From the NCBI GenBank assembly GCA_000165425.1, contig CT868660.1, positions 124,001 through 188,000 on the forward strand: 64,000 bases of DNA. The letters are read 5' to 3'. Of the stretch, positions 13,520-25,808 are shown piece after piece. This DNA is from Paramecium tetraurelia. Lineage: Eukaryota. The position numbers and the translations under genes were made by a program. Position 1 is the first letter of the stretch; each line of letters begins with the position of its first letter. Under the pieces are notes generated by a model. The model was not told where the DNA came from. It made no database searches and worked only from the letters and a program-made list of their open reading frames with translations.

Positions 13520-14853
13520 TCAATCCTATTTCATTTAAGTCATCTTCACAGCTCTTTAAAAACTAAATCCCTCTTAATAATATTTATATGCGTCGGTCAA
13601 ACGATTACTTAGTTCAAATAATACAGTATCCTCCTAACCCAAATAAGAATCTATCAAATGCAGGTAGTCCTTTTCAGAATCAATCACACTTCTAAAGTCA
13701 TTCTCAACTATTAGGAGAGTACTTAATTCTTATCCCAACATGGAGAGCATCTTTTAATAGAATCCTTTCTCATGAGGTATACAATATTCTCGAGTTAGTA
13801 ACAGATCAATATGCTAACTAATAAATAATATACTTATTACTGAATTTGTTGATCAATCTTCTTTAGAGCCCATTTAGCATATCTGGGCAAAGAAGCAGTC
13901 CAAATTATTATATAGTAATATTTATGCATTTATTATAAAAATTGAATTGATCCATTTCTAATCATAAGCCTGTTGGATCCCTATTCAAAATGCACTAAGG
14001 TTTCATCCAAATCAATAATTAGGATTGGTTAGGTTAACTTTGCATTTATAAATGGGTGAGAAGCAGTGAGTAATTGTTTTGGTAATAGCTTTATGATTTC
14101 TAAGTTTCTGGTTTCGTGTAACCACAATGCAAAATGTCTTCTAATGATTTTAAAATTTAGTTTATATTATTAACTTTATTTGCATTTTCTATGTATCATC
14201 CAGATTGTATTATTTCCTTGTTGAAATCTTTCATATAGATCATCTATACTGACATAATCAATAGTATTGTTCATTTGAATTTATTATTAAGCATCTTATA
14301 ATTACTTTTTATTAAATTTGCCTTTTGAAAACAATTCTTACAAACATGATTAATAATTCTAAACGAATTAACAAAAAAATTGGTTGAATAATTGATCCTG
14401 TTGCATTTCGTAGCCTAAAGATATTATGATTTTTTCAAAGTAACAGATTTCAAATAATTATTTTTACAATTATTGAAATTGCAAAAAAAACACTTTCTTA
14501 AAGAGTTCTTGATACAGATCATAAATATCGCCATTTTTTTGAATAAAATCCCAAATTTAAGCAAAAAATATATTCCAATTGATTGGTTTTACATTTTATT
14601 ACTAATACAATCTGAAATGATTCATTATAATTTAAATGTCTTATCCATCAGAGTTTACTTGATCCATTTTTATTTAAGGCAAGAAACTTTTGTAATTTTT
14701 CAAGATTTAATTTTAACTGTAATCATCCATTTGATCGATAAAGACACTTTTTCTTCTCTTAGCTTATTCAAAATAAGATTTTTCTTGTTTGAAGGATGAG
14801 TTTCTTCTTCTTTATGTATCAACAGAACTTTAAATTGCTTTTAACTAATTCAT
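13520..14853 (-). CDS. NIF / CTD small phosphatase-like HAD protein
   Basis: ILIIDLDETLVH (DxDxT), IIIWTASLPRYA, LLTREYC, LLIVEND. Confidence 0.85.
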
Positions 14854-15352
14854 AATTAATATTTTTATAATATATTATTTCCATCAACCTGATGATATAT
14901 GCCTGTATTATGTCTAACTGATACTGTCATATCTATAATTAGGTACATTATTGAAAGGGTTAGATATTATATAGAAATACTCTACAATTTTACTATTCTA
15001 TCAGAGGAGTTATGAAAAATAACAAGTATATGTAAAATGTGGCAAAATTCAATATATAATAAGTTATTTATTAACTAACTACCTTATTGATCAAATTATT
15101 ATCCATAAGTATAGCTTATTAGAATAGAAATTAGCGTCATAATATTAATATCAAAAACTATATGAATTATAATAAATTAAACAACATATTACTTTTAAAG
15201 ATTATGCTTTTAAAATATAAATTTCATTATATATTTTTCCCACCTTGTTATTGAATTTAATTTATGGACTTTTTTTTAGTTTATGTTATAGAATTTCATT
15301 ACTTAATTAACGCTTCACAAGGCAATTATTAAATAAAATAACAAAAATAGTA

Positions 15353-16398
15353 ATGAGTTAAAAAGATCAACAAATATCAAGCTCAGGGGAGATTGTCTTC
15401 TTAGAGAGTTAAGCTTAATATGATTCTTTATTATAAAAAGTAGCATAGTTAGAAAGCTAAGTGAAAGTATAATATGAAATAATTAAAAGAAATTGGAATC
15501 GAATAATTAGCAAATATAGAAAAATTTCAGTATGAAAGAGAGACAATATTAATAATTAATTGAGGAATTCTCGAACTATAGTAATTAAAAAAATTAATAT
15601 AGAAAAAAGTGAATAAGAGTATGTAGAAAATAGGGAAAATAGTTCGTTAAAGCTATTGCACTAGTTTAAGATTTACGAGAAATAAATAAAAGAATAACGA
15701 GAGATGATAAAGAATTTAAAAGAATAAAATTAAAAATTACTTGATGAAAATAGAGAATTAGAGAATCAAAAGGATTATCTTTAAAGTTAAAATTCCGTAA
15801 TTGATCAAGAAAAACAGAAAATTTTTGTAAATCTTATTTTGACATTAGATTTCATATTATTCTAGAAAGAAAGAACTAGAGGAAGTTGCTTTAGAAAAGA
15901 ACAAATTTGAAGAGGAATTGAAGTCGTATAAAGAAAAAATTTAAAATTTGGAAGGTTAAATTGAAACACTTCAATAAAAATAGAGTACATTAATTCCAAT
16001 AATATTTAATAGTTCATTAGGAATAGGAAATAAGCTATTTGAAAAAAATATCTGAAGAGAAAGAAAAATACTTATCAAAAGTTTAAGATGACTTAAAGAA
16101 ATACTTAGAACAAGAGCATATAGTTAAGTAACCAAATCAAGAAGAGTATAAAGTAAAAGTTATTCAAAATCTGAGATGTACAGAATTATGTTATCCTATA
16201 GAAATTATGTAAGAAATAGTTGGAAGATTTGCACATTTATCAGAGGAACTGAAAGATAATGAAAATGAGAAAATAAACAGGAGGAGTGAGGAAATTGCAT
16301 TTCTAAATAAAACATTTAATGTTCAATTGCGATTGGAGCTAGAAAAAATATTTATTACGTTTAAACATGAAATAAGAGACAATGAAGTTCGTGAATGA
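15353..16398 (+). CDS. Hypothetical coiled-coil protein
   Basis: Open frame across tiny introns, E/K/Q-rich. Confidence 0.65.
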
Positions 16399-16451
16399 AA
16401 TCAATATATATTGGAAGATAATAATTAATAATCATTTTTATTTCTTTTAAA

Positions 16452-19400
16452 ATGTAAAATTTCTACTCTCTTTTCTAGAATCCCAACATGCTGGATTCTA
16501 GTTATTAATAGATTCATTTATACTAAAGAACAATCAAAGTAATACATTTCTTGATCAATATACAAGAATTTAGAAAAAGCTTCAAATAAGACATTAGAAT
16601 TATTCATAATTTCTAAGACATGGTTGCGGTAATGGAAACAATATGTAAGGTATTATGAAAACCAATACTATAATATCAATTAAAGAAACCAAAAAGTATG
16701 CAAACATCTTAATTTACAAGCCTGGACCTATTAATTCTGATTTAAAATCTGATGAAGTTTTCTTATTCAACTATCCAAATAATCACTCCTTTAATTAGAA
16801 AATAGTAAAATTAGACCCAGAAGATTATGTTTTAGTAAACCATACAAATATTTAATAGGTTGGGAGCGATTTGATGAATATGTGGCATTTAGAATTTGGA
16901 TCTGAATTAACAATTTTTAGACAGATAACTTTTGATGAAAATTCTAAACCAATTACAAATGTAAATCTACTTAGAGTAAGACTATTCTAATTAATTTATA
17001 GTAAGACATCTATATGAAAATTTAAAATTCTACTCGAGGTACCATCTAAGTAGATGAGAAATGTTTGATAAAATAATGGATAATGTTGATAAAATCAGCA
17101 TTGAAAAGCGAGTTTTAATTGAATTGCGAAAACATTAGACTATGGAAGCATAAACATTTTCCCGCTAATTAAGCTATAAAACAATTAGAATAGCATAATG
17201 GTAAATTCCATGGATAGATATTGGATGAAAATTAAAGTGTAGGGTATTATAAGGCTGATTTAATAATTATCGACATTCAATTAAATGGAAAGTGGCAATT
17301 TGAACTATTAGATTTGAAAGTAATTACATCCAAATGATATTTTAGACTGCTAGTTTGGAAGAATTCAAACATGTTTTTAATAAAGCATATAAGGGATGTG
17401 GAAAATTTTATTGTGATAAAAATTATTGTAACAGCAATCCAGTCTTTAATCAATTGCAGTTTGAAAAGGCCAGTTTACAATAATTTCTTATTGAATCCTT
17501 CAAAGAAGACAGCATAGATTGGAGTGAAGTTTGTTGGAATTCTGATTATGAATTAAAGCCTATCTAATAAATAGAGGAAGATATTATATAGTAGATAAGC
17601 AAAGTTTCAATTTATCCAAATAGTTTTGGAGGTTCCTTTGTTTAGGATTTTAATGGTTCTTATGAATCAATCCTTTCTCATAATAACCATCCTAGATTGA
17701 ATACGACTGTGATAAACGAAATAAATAAGGTCATCGATTTCAACGTTTTGAAGGGTTGGATCAACAATCTATATAAAACTAAAGAGAGCAGTCCGTTTAA
17801 ATTGAGATCAATATTCATCATTCTACACTTTGATTGTTTTACATAGATAATACCAGAAAAGTCAAACAGTTTCTTAGAATTTGTATTCAATTTGGACATA
17901 TAGAGTAAGAATCAATTATCCTAATATTTGACCCATCTTCCAAATCAGCAATTTTAAAATATTATTGAAGCCTTAATTAAGAATTTGATATTGTTTATTA
18001 AGTACTAGTAATAACTGCCAATTTAATTGTTGCTTAAGGCTGACATCCGTTATTTAATGTAGCAACTTGAACTGTTACAAATATTTTACAAATCGAATGA
18101 AAAGGTGAAAAGGATTATTAATGAGAAATTCATTATTAAGGAGATTACTAAACTATATCCAAGACAAGCAGAATTGTTGGAATTCAAATAATTTGCTTGT
18201 TTGAATAACAAATCCCTTGAGAATTATTACTTTACGTTTTGTCTATATCCCTGGATAATTCCGATTGAATTTAAATACCAAATTTTAACTATGGATTCAA
18301 ATATAAATCAAAGGAACTAGGGTGATTTTATATGGCAATAGATAGGACTTGCACCCTCTTTAAAATTGTTGATAGACAGAAATGATATTGTAAACAGTGC
18401 ATTAGAGTAACTGTCAAGAAAAGGAATAAATCTAAAATCTAAATTATCCATAGTATTCAAGGGAGAATAAGGAATAGATTAAGGGGGTTTAACAAGGGAA
18501 TTTTTCTCTATATTGACTCAGAAGCTATTCGATGTTTAATTTACAATGTTTGTCACAAGAAATAATAATACAGTACTATGGTTCAATAAACATCATATGG
18601 AGATGCCAATAAAGTATGAATTAATAGGGATGTTACTAGGATTGGCTCTTTACAATTAAGGTATAATAATAATAAAAGATTTAAGTTCTGCTGGATGTAA
18701 GTTTCCCATAGTTGGTGTTCAAGAAGTTGATGAATGAAACAGTGCAATTTGAGGATCTCAAGGAGTTAGATTTGGACACTTACAAGGCATTGAATCTATT
18801 GAGTTAGTATGAAAAGGATGACATAGAGCAAGCGTTTGCGTTCAATTTCTCAATTACTGAATACGATAATTGGGGATAGCCCTTGCAAGTTGATTTGATA
18901 GTAAGTGTTACACATTAATGAATAGTAAAACGGGTCATAAATCATGGTCACACAGAAGAACAAGGAGTAGTACATTAAATTATGCACTGAATATTACTTG
19001 AATTAATCAATTCAAAAGGAGTTCCAAAGATTTCATGCAGGATTTTGGAAAGTGGTGGATGGAAATGGTATTAAGTTGTTGACAGGTGCCGAGTTGTAAA
19101 CCATGATATTGGGATAAAAAGATTTGAACATGTACGAATTGGAAGAGTCTACAAAGTATGATGGATTTGATAAGAATTCTGAATATATCAGAACTTTCTG
19201 GGCATATATTCATTCTTTGGATGAATAATAGAAGAAGAGGTTTCTATTCTTCTGCACAGGATCAGATAGAGTTCCAGTGGGAGGATTAAAGTCATTGAAG
19301 TTCGTTATTTAAAAGCATGGTGAAAGTATCGATTATATTTTAAGTGGATAGACACTGAATAATTGCCATCAGCACATACATGTTTCAATGTGTTTTTGTT

Positions 19401-19482
19401 GCCTTAGTATGATTGTTTAAACAAGATGATGGAGAAGTTGAACATTGCCCTTGAAAATAGCGAAGGATTTGGACTCATGTGA
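16452..19482 (+). CDS. HECT E3 ubiquitin ligase with N-terminal DUSP-UBL-like and AZUL-like domains
   Basis: HECT: FKGEQGIDQGGLTREFF, FLFFCTGSDRVP, LPSAHTCFNVF, SEGFGLM*. N-terminus: FIISKTWLRQWKQYV...PGPINSDL (DUSP) and GCGKFYCDKNYCNSNP (AZUL-like). Exact start codon uncertain. Confidence 0.88.
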
Positions 19483-19574
19483 TGATCGTATATATGTTTG
19501 TTAAAAATATGTGAAATATTAGATCCAAAATTATATTGATTTCTATTTTTGTGATTAAAAATAAAGAGAAAGAA

Positions 19575-21533
19575 ATGAAGAATAATTAATAGCTAACTAC
19601 AGAAGAAGATGAAATGATATCAGATGAACCATGGAGGGAATACATAGAGTAATTTAAAGAATTGCGATAAAAAGTGAACCAGAAGGCAGATTAGGAATTC
19701 TAATTAGTGACAAGACTCGAATAGACCTTGAACTTGATTGGTAAGGGTCAAAAGCCTAATCCTGACAAGGCTTAATTTATCTACAAGGCTAAGTGCATAT
19801 TGCTTAAGTTGAAGAGAGATCTACATTTCTTCTTTGCAGACGAACATGAATTAACACTCTAATGTATCACCATTTTATTGATTCAAATACTGGAGGATTA
19901 TCCATACATTTTTAATGATTGTCAATAGTAAATTTTGGAAATGCTAGCCTGTCTTACTCTTAAAGATTACACCTTGATACTTCTCATTAACTCCATAAGT
20001 TTGAAGGAGTACATAAAGAAATTGACAAAGGAGATATTTTTAGAGTCTACACAATATAATCCAACGAGTGAAATTCTCTTTCTGTTGATTGTGATGATGA
20101 TAGCCCATTTAGACTTTATAAAGAATCCAGAATTAGAGTTAGTTCAATTAATTGTGAAATGTTTTTAGCACTATTAGGATCAAAGAGATAAAACCTTGAA
20201 AGAAAGGGATATTTATGAGTAAAGGAAAAAGTTCGAAAAAAAGATTACAAAGAAATCAGGACAGGAAAAGGAACAAATTGATCTCTCTCCTGAAATGAAG
20301 TACATGTAAGTTCCACAGGAAACTTGCAGAATATTAAAATTAGGGTTATCACTTATTCCTAGTAATATTTGCTAAATGCCTTCATCCTACAAGTATTAAT
20401 AATCTGAAGAAATAATGAAAGAGACATCTCTAAATGTCTTTTTCTGCACCTTGAGTTTCAAGATTAAATAAACATTAGTCTAAACGATAAAAGAGAATAA
20501 AAGAGACTTTGATGTAGTGTAAATGTTAGTGGACATCGCCTAAATGCCAGAGTGTTTTACCTAATAAAGGGAAGCCTTGAGAACAGTCAATATGTTCTTA
20601 GAAGGATTTGATGACACCCTGTTGTGGATTAAATTCGATTCTACCAATCTATTTGACAATAGCAATCTCAATAATGTGTTGATCTATGGAGATCCAACCA
20701 AATTAACCATAGATTAAGGATTGTTCTACGATGGTTGTGGCTGTTTCTTTGATAGAGATCAAGTGCTTCAGTTGGAAGAACCATTGAAAATCAACAAAAA
20801 ATAGATAGCCGTGTCCTTTTGGATGGTCATGTTTAATCCTGAAACCAATAAGTCCAGAGGTGCTCAGAACAATTACTAAATTCGTACCTTATTGGGTTCT
20901 AGTGATGGATACTCGTCCTTAATCATATCGGATGCTTATTCTTAATTATTGGGAATTACCAATGTCAATCAAGATGGATATGGATACAAGTTCTTTGAAC
21001 CTAAGAGTTCCGATAAGAACTTTTCTGGTTGGAATCACGTTGTGATTGTATTCGACAACGATTAGGAATCAGCATATCTCTATTTGAATGGTGCCTATGA
21101 AAGCCAAATGAATAAAGTAGTATCATCCTTTGATATCCAATTTATTGGAAATTGTAGAACTCTCGATTAACCTATTGGATATATATGTGATTTGCGAATC
21201 TATCCCAGAATCTTAAATGATCAGGAAATCAAAAGCTTATCTTATTATGATAAAAAATAAGTATTGCTCAATAGCAAGAATGACCTTGTAGATTAGATTC
21301 TGAGCAACAGAATCATATTGGATTTCAAACGACTATTGGGTTACTTCACTGGCAAAAACTCAGAAGCATTGATCTAAACACTCCAAATACTCTCAAAATT
21401 GTGCTAAGCCACTACAATTTTCAGATTGGAATGTGTCAAGTATGGGATCTTTGATCTGGCTATGCAACTCCTGCCCTCCACTAATTAGCAAGTATCCTAT
21501 TAGGCTGGAATATTAATTAATAATATGAAATGA
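19575..21533 (+). CDS. Intronless 652-aa protein: helical region plus LamG/ConA-like domain
   Basis: IAVSFW...GWNHVVIVFD...YLYLNG...FIGN...GYICDLRIYPRILNDQEIKSL matches the LamG-like jellyroll pattern. Confidence 0.75.
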
Positions 21534-21586
21534 ATGAAAAATAATTAATTACTAAACATATTAATTTATAAGAATATTCTTAATAT

Positions 21587-22976
21587 ATGAAAGAGCGTAT
21601 TAAATACTTGAACGACAAGAAAGTCAATGTCAAAGGCAAATATGTAGCCTATTGGATCTAAGCCAGTTAGAGAACCAAGTACAATCACGCTCTTGAACTG
21701 GCTATTTAAAAGGCAAATCAAGAATAAATACCCTTATTCTGTTTCTTTGGGCTAACCAAATATCCTGCCGCTAATCAAAGACCTTATCACTTTATGTTAG
21801 AGGGTATTCAATTAGTCTTAAAAAAATAAAGGGTTGTAATAATTAAAAACTAGCCTTGCAGATCGAAAAATATTATTTGGAGTTGCCAAACAATCTCCAG
21901 ATGATTTGGCTATCTCCATTGCTCAAAATGCTAAATTACTTATTGTTGATTGTGGCTATCTCAGAATCTAAAAACAATGGAGAAAAAAAGTAGCAGACAC
22001 TATTGATTGTTAATTTATACAAGTAGAAACTGATGTTTTGGTACCAGTTGAATAAGCAAGTCAAAAGGAGGAATGGGCAGCAAAGACAATTAGACCCAAA
22101 ATCTAATCTCTTACTAAATATTTTGCTAAAGAATTGAATGAAGAAACATTAGTCAAATAAATGGATAAATTACCATTCTAAGAGTATGATATCTCCAACA
22201 TCACAAAAGTCATAGACGATTTAGGAGTTGATAAAAGTGTTTCGATTGTTTAACAATTCAAAGGAGGAGAAATAGAAGCACAAAAGAGATTGGAAGAGTT
22301 TTTGAATAAGAAATTAAAAAATTATGCTAAAAACAGAAATGATCCATCACTTAATGCAACATCTAATTTATCACCCTATCTACATTTTGGAATGATCTCT
22401 CCTTTACATATATACTTAGAGGCTATGAAATTTCCACCATCTGAAAGTCGAGAATCATTTTTAGAAGAATTGATTGTAAGAAGAGAATTATCAATGAACT
22501 TTTGCTATTACAACGATTTGTATGATAAATATGAAGGATTGCCTGATTGGGCTAAAAATACACTTTAAGAACACGCTAAAGATAAGAGAGACTATATTTA
22601 CACATTAGATCAGTTAGAAAAGGCAAAAACGCATGATGTATATTGGAATTCTGCATAACTTGAAGCTATTCATAAAGGTAAGATTAGCGGGTATATGAGA
22701 ATGTATTGGGGTAAAAAGGTAATAGAATGGACAGAATCCCCATAGTAAGCATTCGAATATTTAGTTTTTTTGAATGATAAATACCATTTAGATGGAAGGG
22801 ATGCAAATGGATATACAGGAGTAGCCTGGTGTTTTGGAAAACATGATAGGCCATGGACAGGTAGAAAGATTTTTGGGAATATTCGATATATGATTGATAG
22901 CGGTCTAAAACGAAAATTTGATACAGGATAATATGTGATGAATGTGAATTAGTTAAAAAAGCAATCCTTAAAATGA
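21587..22976 (+). CDS. PHR: Class II CPD DNA photolyase
   Basis: [63 protein letters not shown]; 1 intron. Confidence 0.95.
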
Positions 22977-23450
22977 ATGATTTCTATTATTATTATTATT
23001 CAAATAACATTATTTTGAATCTATTTTGATTAAACTTAGAATATAAGGCAGTAACTGCTCTTTAATTTTTTACCTTCTAATGAAATAAAAGACTCCAGTT
23101 CCTAATATACCTAGTATCATAAATTCTAAGAAAGTTTAATCTAAATAAGATAGTTAATCAATCTCAGAGATGGATAAAAAAAATTAGATCTTAATTTGAA
23201 AAGATCTGTACATATTAAATTAATCAAAATACTTATATTTATTATAATCTTTTTAACATTATTATCTAAATTGAAATCATTATATTTTAAATTATATGAG
23301 AAAATAGAAATATTAAAATTAATCAAGATTTAGCAATTATAAATATATTATTTCTACTTTTACCTTCTGTTATAATTTTAAATATAAATATATATATAAA
23401 ACTTAATTTTAATTAATTAAATTTCCAACACAAATATAATATAACAAAAG

Positions 23451-24326
23451 ATGGCTCAAATTGAATCAGCAAAAAGACTTATTAGTTTAGGATCAGCAGG
23501 ATTGTTTGGTCTTTTCTTGATTAAAAATTGTTTCTTTACAGTAGAACCAGGACATTGTGCAATTAAGTTTAGCAAATTCTTTGGTCTCTAAGAAGAAAAA
23601 TACAAGGAAGGATGGCATTTCAGAATTCCCTATTTTGAAACTCCAATTGATTACAACATCTAAACCAGACCTAGATAAATCAAGGCGAGCACAGCCAACA
23701 GAGGTATGATTCTATCCTATATATAAAAGACATGCAAAATGTTCTTCTAACTCTTAGAGTACTTCATAGACCATATAGTGATGAACTACCCACTATCTAT
23801 AGAACATTAGGAATTGATTATGATGAAAAAGTTCTACCATCAATTGTGAATGAAACTATGAGATCTGTAGTAGCTTAATATACAGCATCATAATTAATGA
23901 GTCAAAGAGATTAAGTTTCATTCAAAATTAGGTAAGCTTTGGATTAGAGAGCTGCCCAATTCAAAATTGCTATTGATGACGTTTCAATCACAGAACTCAC
24001 ATTCGGAAAAGAGTATTTAGAAGCTATTGAAGCTAAACAAGTAGCTTAATAAGAGGCTGAAAGAGCAAAGTTCGTTGTAGAGTAAGCAAGAGAGGCCAAG
24101 AAAAGTATTGTTATTAAGGCTTTGGGAGAGGCAAAATCAATTGAGTTGGTAGGAAAATCTGCCTTAACTAATCCAGGTATACTAAAATTCTACTTATAAA
24201 TTAGCATTTTTGGATGTTAGAAGAATAGAGTATGCAAGAGAAATTTCAGCAATTTTGGCTGAATCCAGAAATCATATTATGTTATCATCAGATATTCTCA
24301 AAATGGATGCTACTGCTAATAAATGA
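23451..24326 (+). CDS. PHB2: Prohibitin (PHB2-like)
   Basis: [42 protein letters not shown]; 2 introns. Confidence 0.92.
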
Positions 24327-24431
24327 GGGTTAATCAAAATATTTAATATTCATATCTTAAGTTCTTACTTTTATTACATTTATTTTATCATCATTAAAAT
24401 AATATTGATAAATACTATATTTAGTTATAAT

Positions 24432-25393
24432 TCATTCAAATAACCATTCTTTTCTTTATCGTATTGAATCTTCACCATTTAAGATTGCTTTCAGTTTTTA
24501 TTTTTCTAAAAGGTCATCCTACTCTAAATAAGCTTTTAATGCTTCATCTGCCTCTTTAGTCCAAAGCAAGCCTTCTTATCTATTAGAGAATACTCTCAAA
24601 AGAGTATTAAGATCACCTGAACATTAATACATTTTTTAAACAAGATCTTTATAGGATGCATTCAACAAATTCGACAATAATTTCAAAGTATATTTTAATT
24701 CTTCAGCTCTTTATTTTTATTCTGTATTCAAAATTGTTTATTCAGTTTGAAAGGGACATTACTTTTTACTTGATTTGTCATATTTTGAACTATTTTTAAT
24801 TCAATAAATACTTAGCTGAAAATTAAAACTTAATTTTCTTTTAGACCTAAGGCTCAATAGGTTTGTCTTCTTAGTTTTATCTTTTAAATTTAGATTTGCA
24901 TTTCTAAGGTTACTCATTTTCTTTGGCTTTCTGTATAGGACTGTCAATCAAATAGTATATTGGAGACTCTGAAAGAGATGAAATATCCTTCAATTTCCAA
25001 CAATTCCTGTTTTCAAGATAAAAATTGAGTTAACCATCTATGCCATGTTTCTATAAAAATTAGTAGATCTTAAAAAAGTCTTGGCAATTAAGATGCTATA
25101 AGTACTATTGATATCTTGCTTTAATTAAATCCATACCTATTTCTTATACCCATAGAAGATCTTTATAAAATCAGGGCTATTTCCTAGAAATTCTTTTTTT
25201 GAGAAATTTTGGAAGGACTATGTAATTTCAGTATAATAGTTAAATCTTCGAAAAGAGTGAATTTTTCATTGATTTTCTAATGATTTGGTTAATAGTTCTC
25301 AATTTTTGTATCTGAAATTGCTTTAGAAAAAGCATCAAAGTAGATTTATACAAAATCATCATTTTCTTTTAATTTCAGTTTTTAATTTTTCAT
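24432..25393 (-). CDS. Myb-like plus Rap1 C-terminal (RCT)-like domain protein
   Basis: N-terminal KFTLFEDLTII...FQEIALILQRSSMGIRNRYQQYL (Myb-like); C-terminal QCSGDLNTL...LWTKEADEAL...GEDSIRQRKEWL. Confidence 0.7.
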
Positions 25394-25808
25394 ATTTAAT
25401 AATTTGGAGGGTTAATGTAAAAATGAATTTATTTCTTCAAATATAACTGCAAAATTATTTAAAGTGAAAATGATTCATAAGATAAAAAGTACTTTGAATT
25501 ATTTTGTAGTTTTATGTTGTCTTATTATTTAGTTTTTTAATTTATACTCTCCTTATTATGGTTTTGCATATTATTTATCACATTCTTCTAATAAAAGGAT
25601 TCTAACTTAATTTATTATTATATGGCTATCAACATTACTTATCTTTTTCAATTTAAAGACTTATTTGCATTAATATTAGATAATATTAAAATTAAAATAT
25701 TAGATCAGAAATTAATGAATCATAACTAGTGAGTTTTTCTTTAATGGCTGAAATTAAGAAAAAGAGTAATTCTATTTTTATTATATTTATAAATTTTTAT
25801 AACATCTA

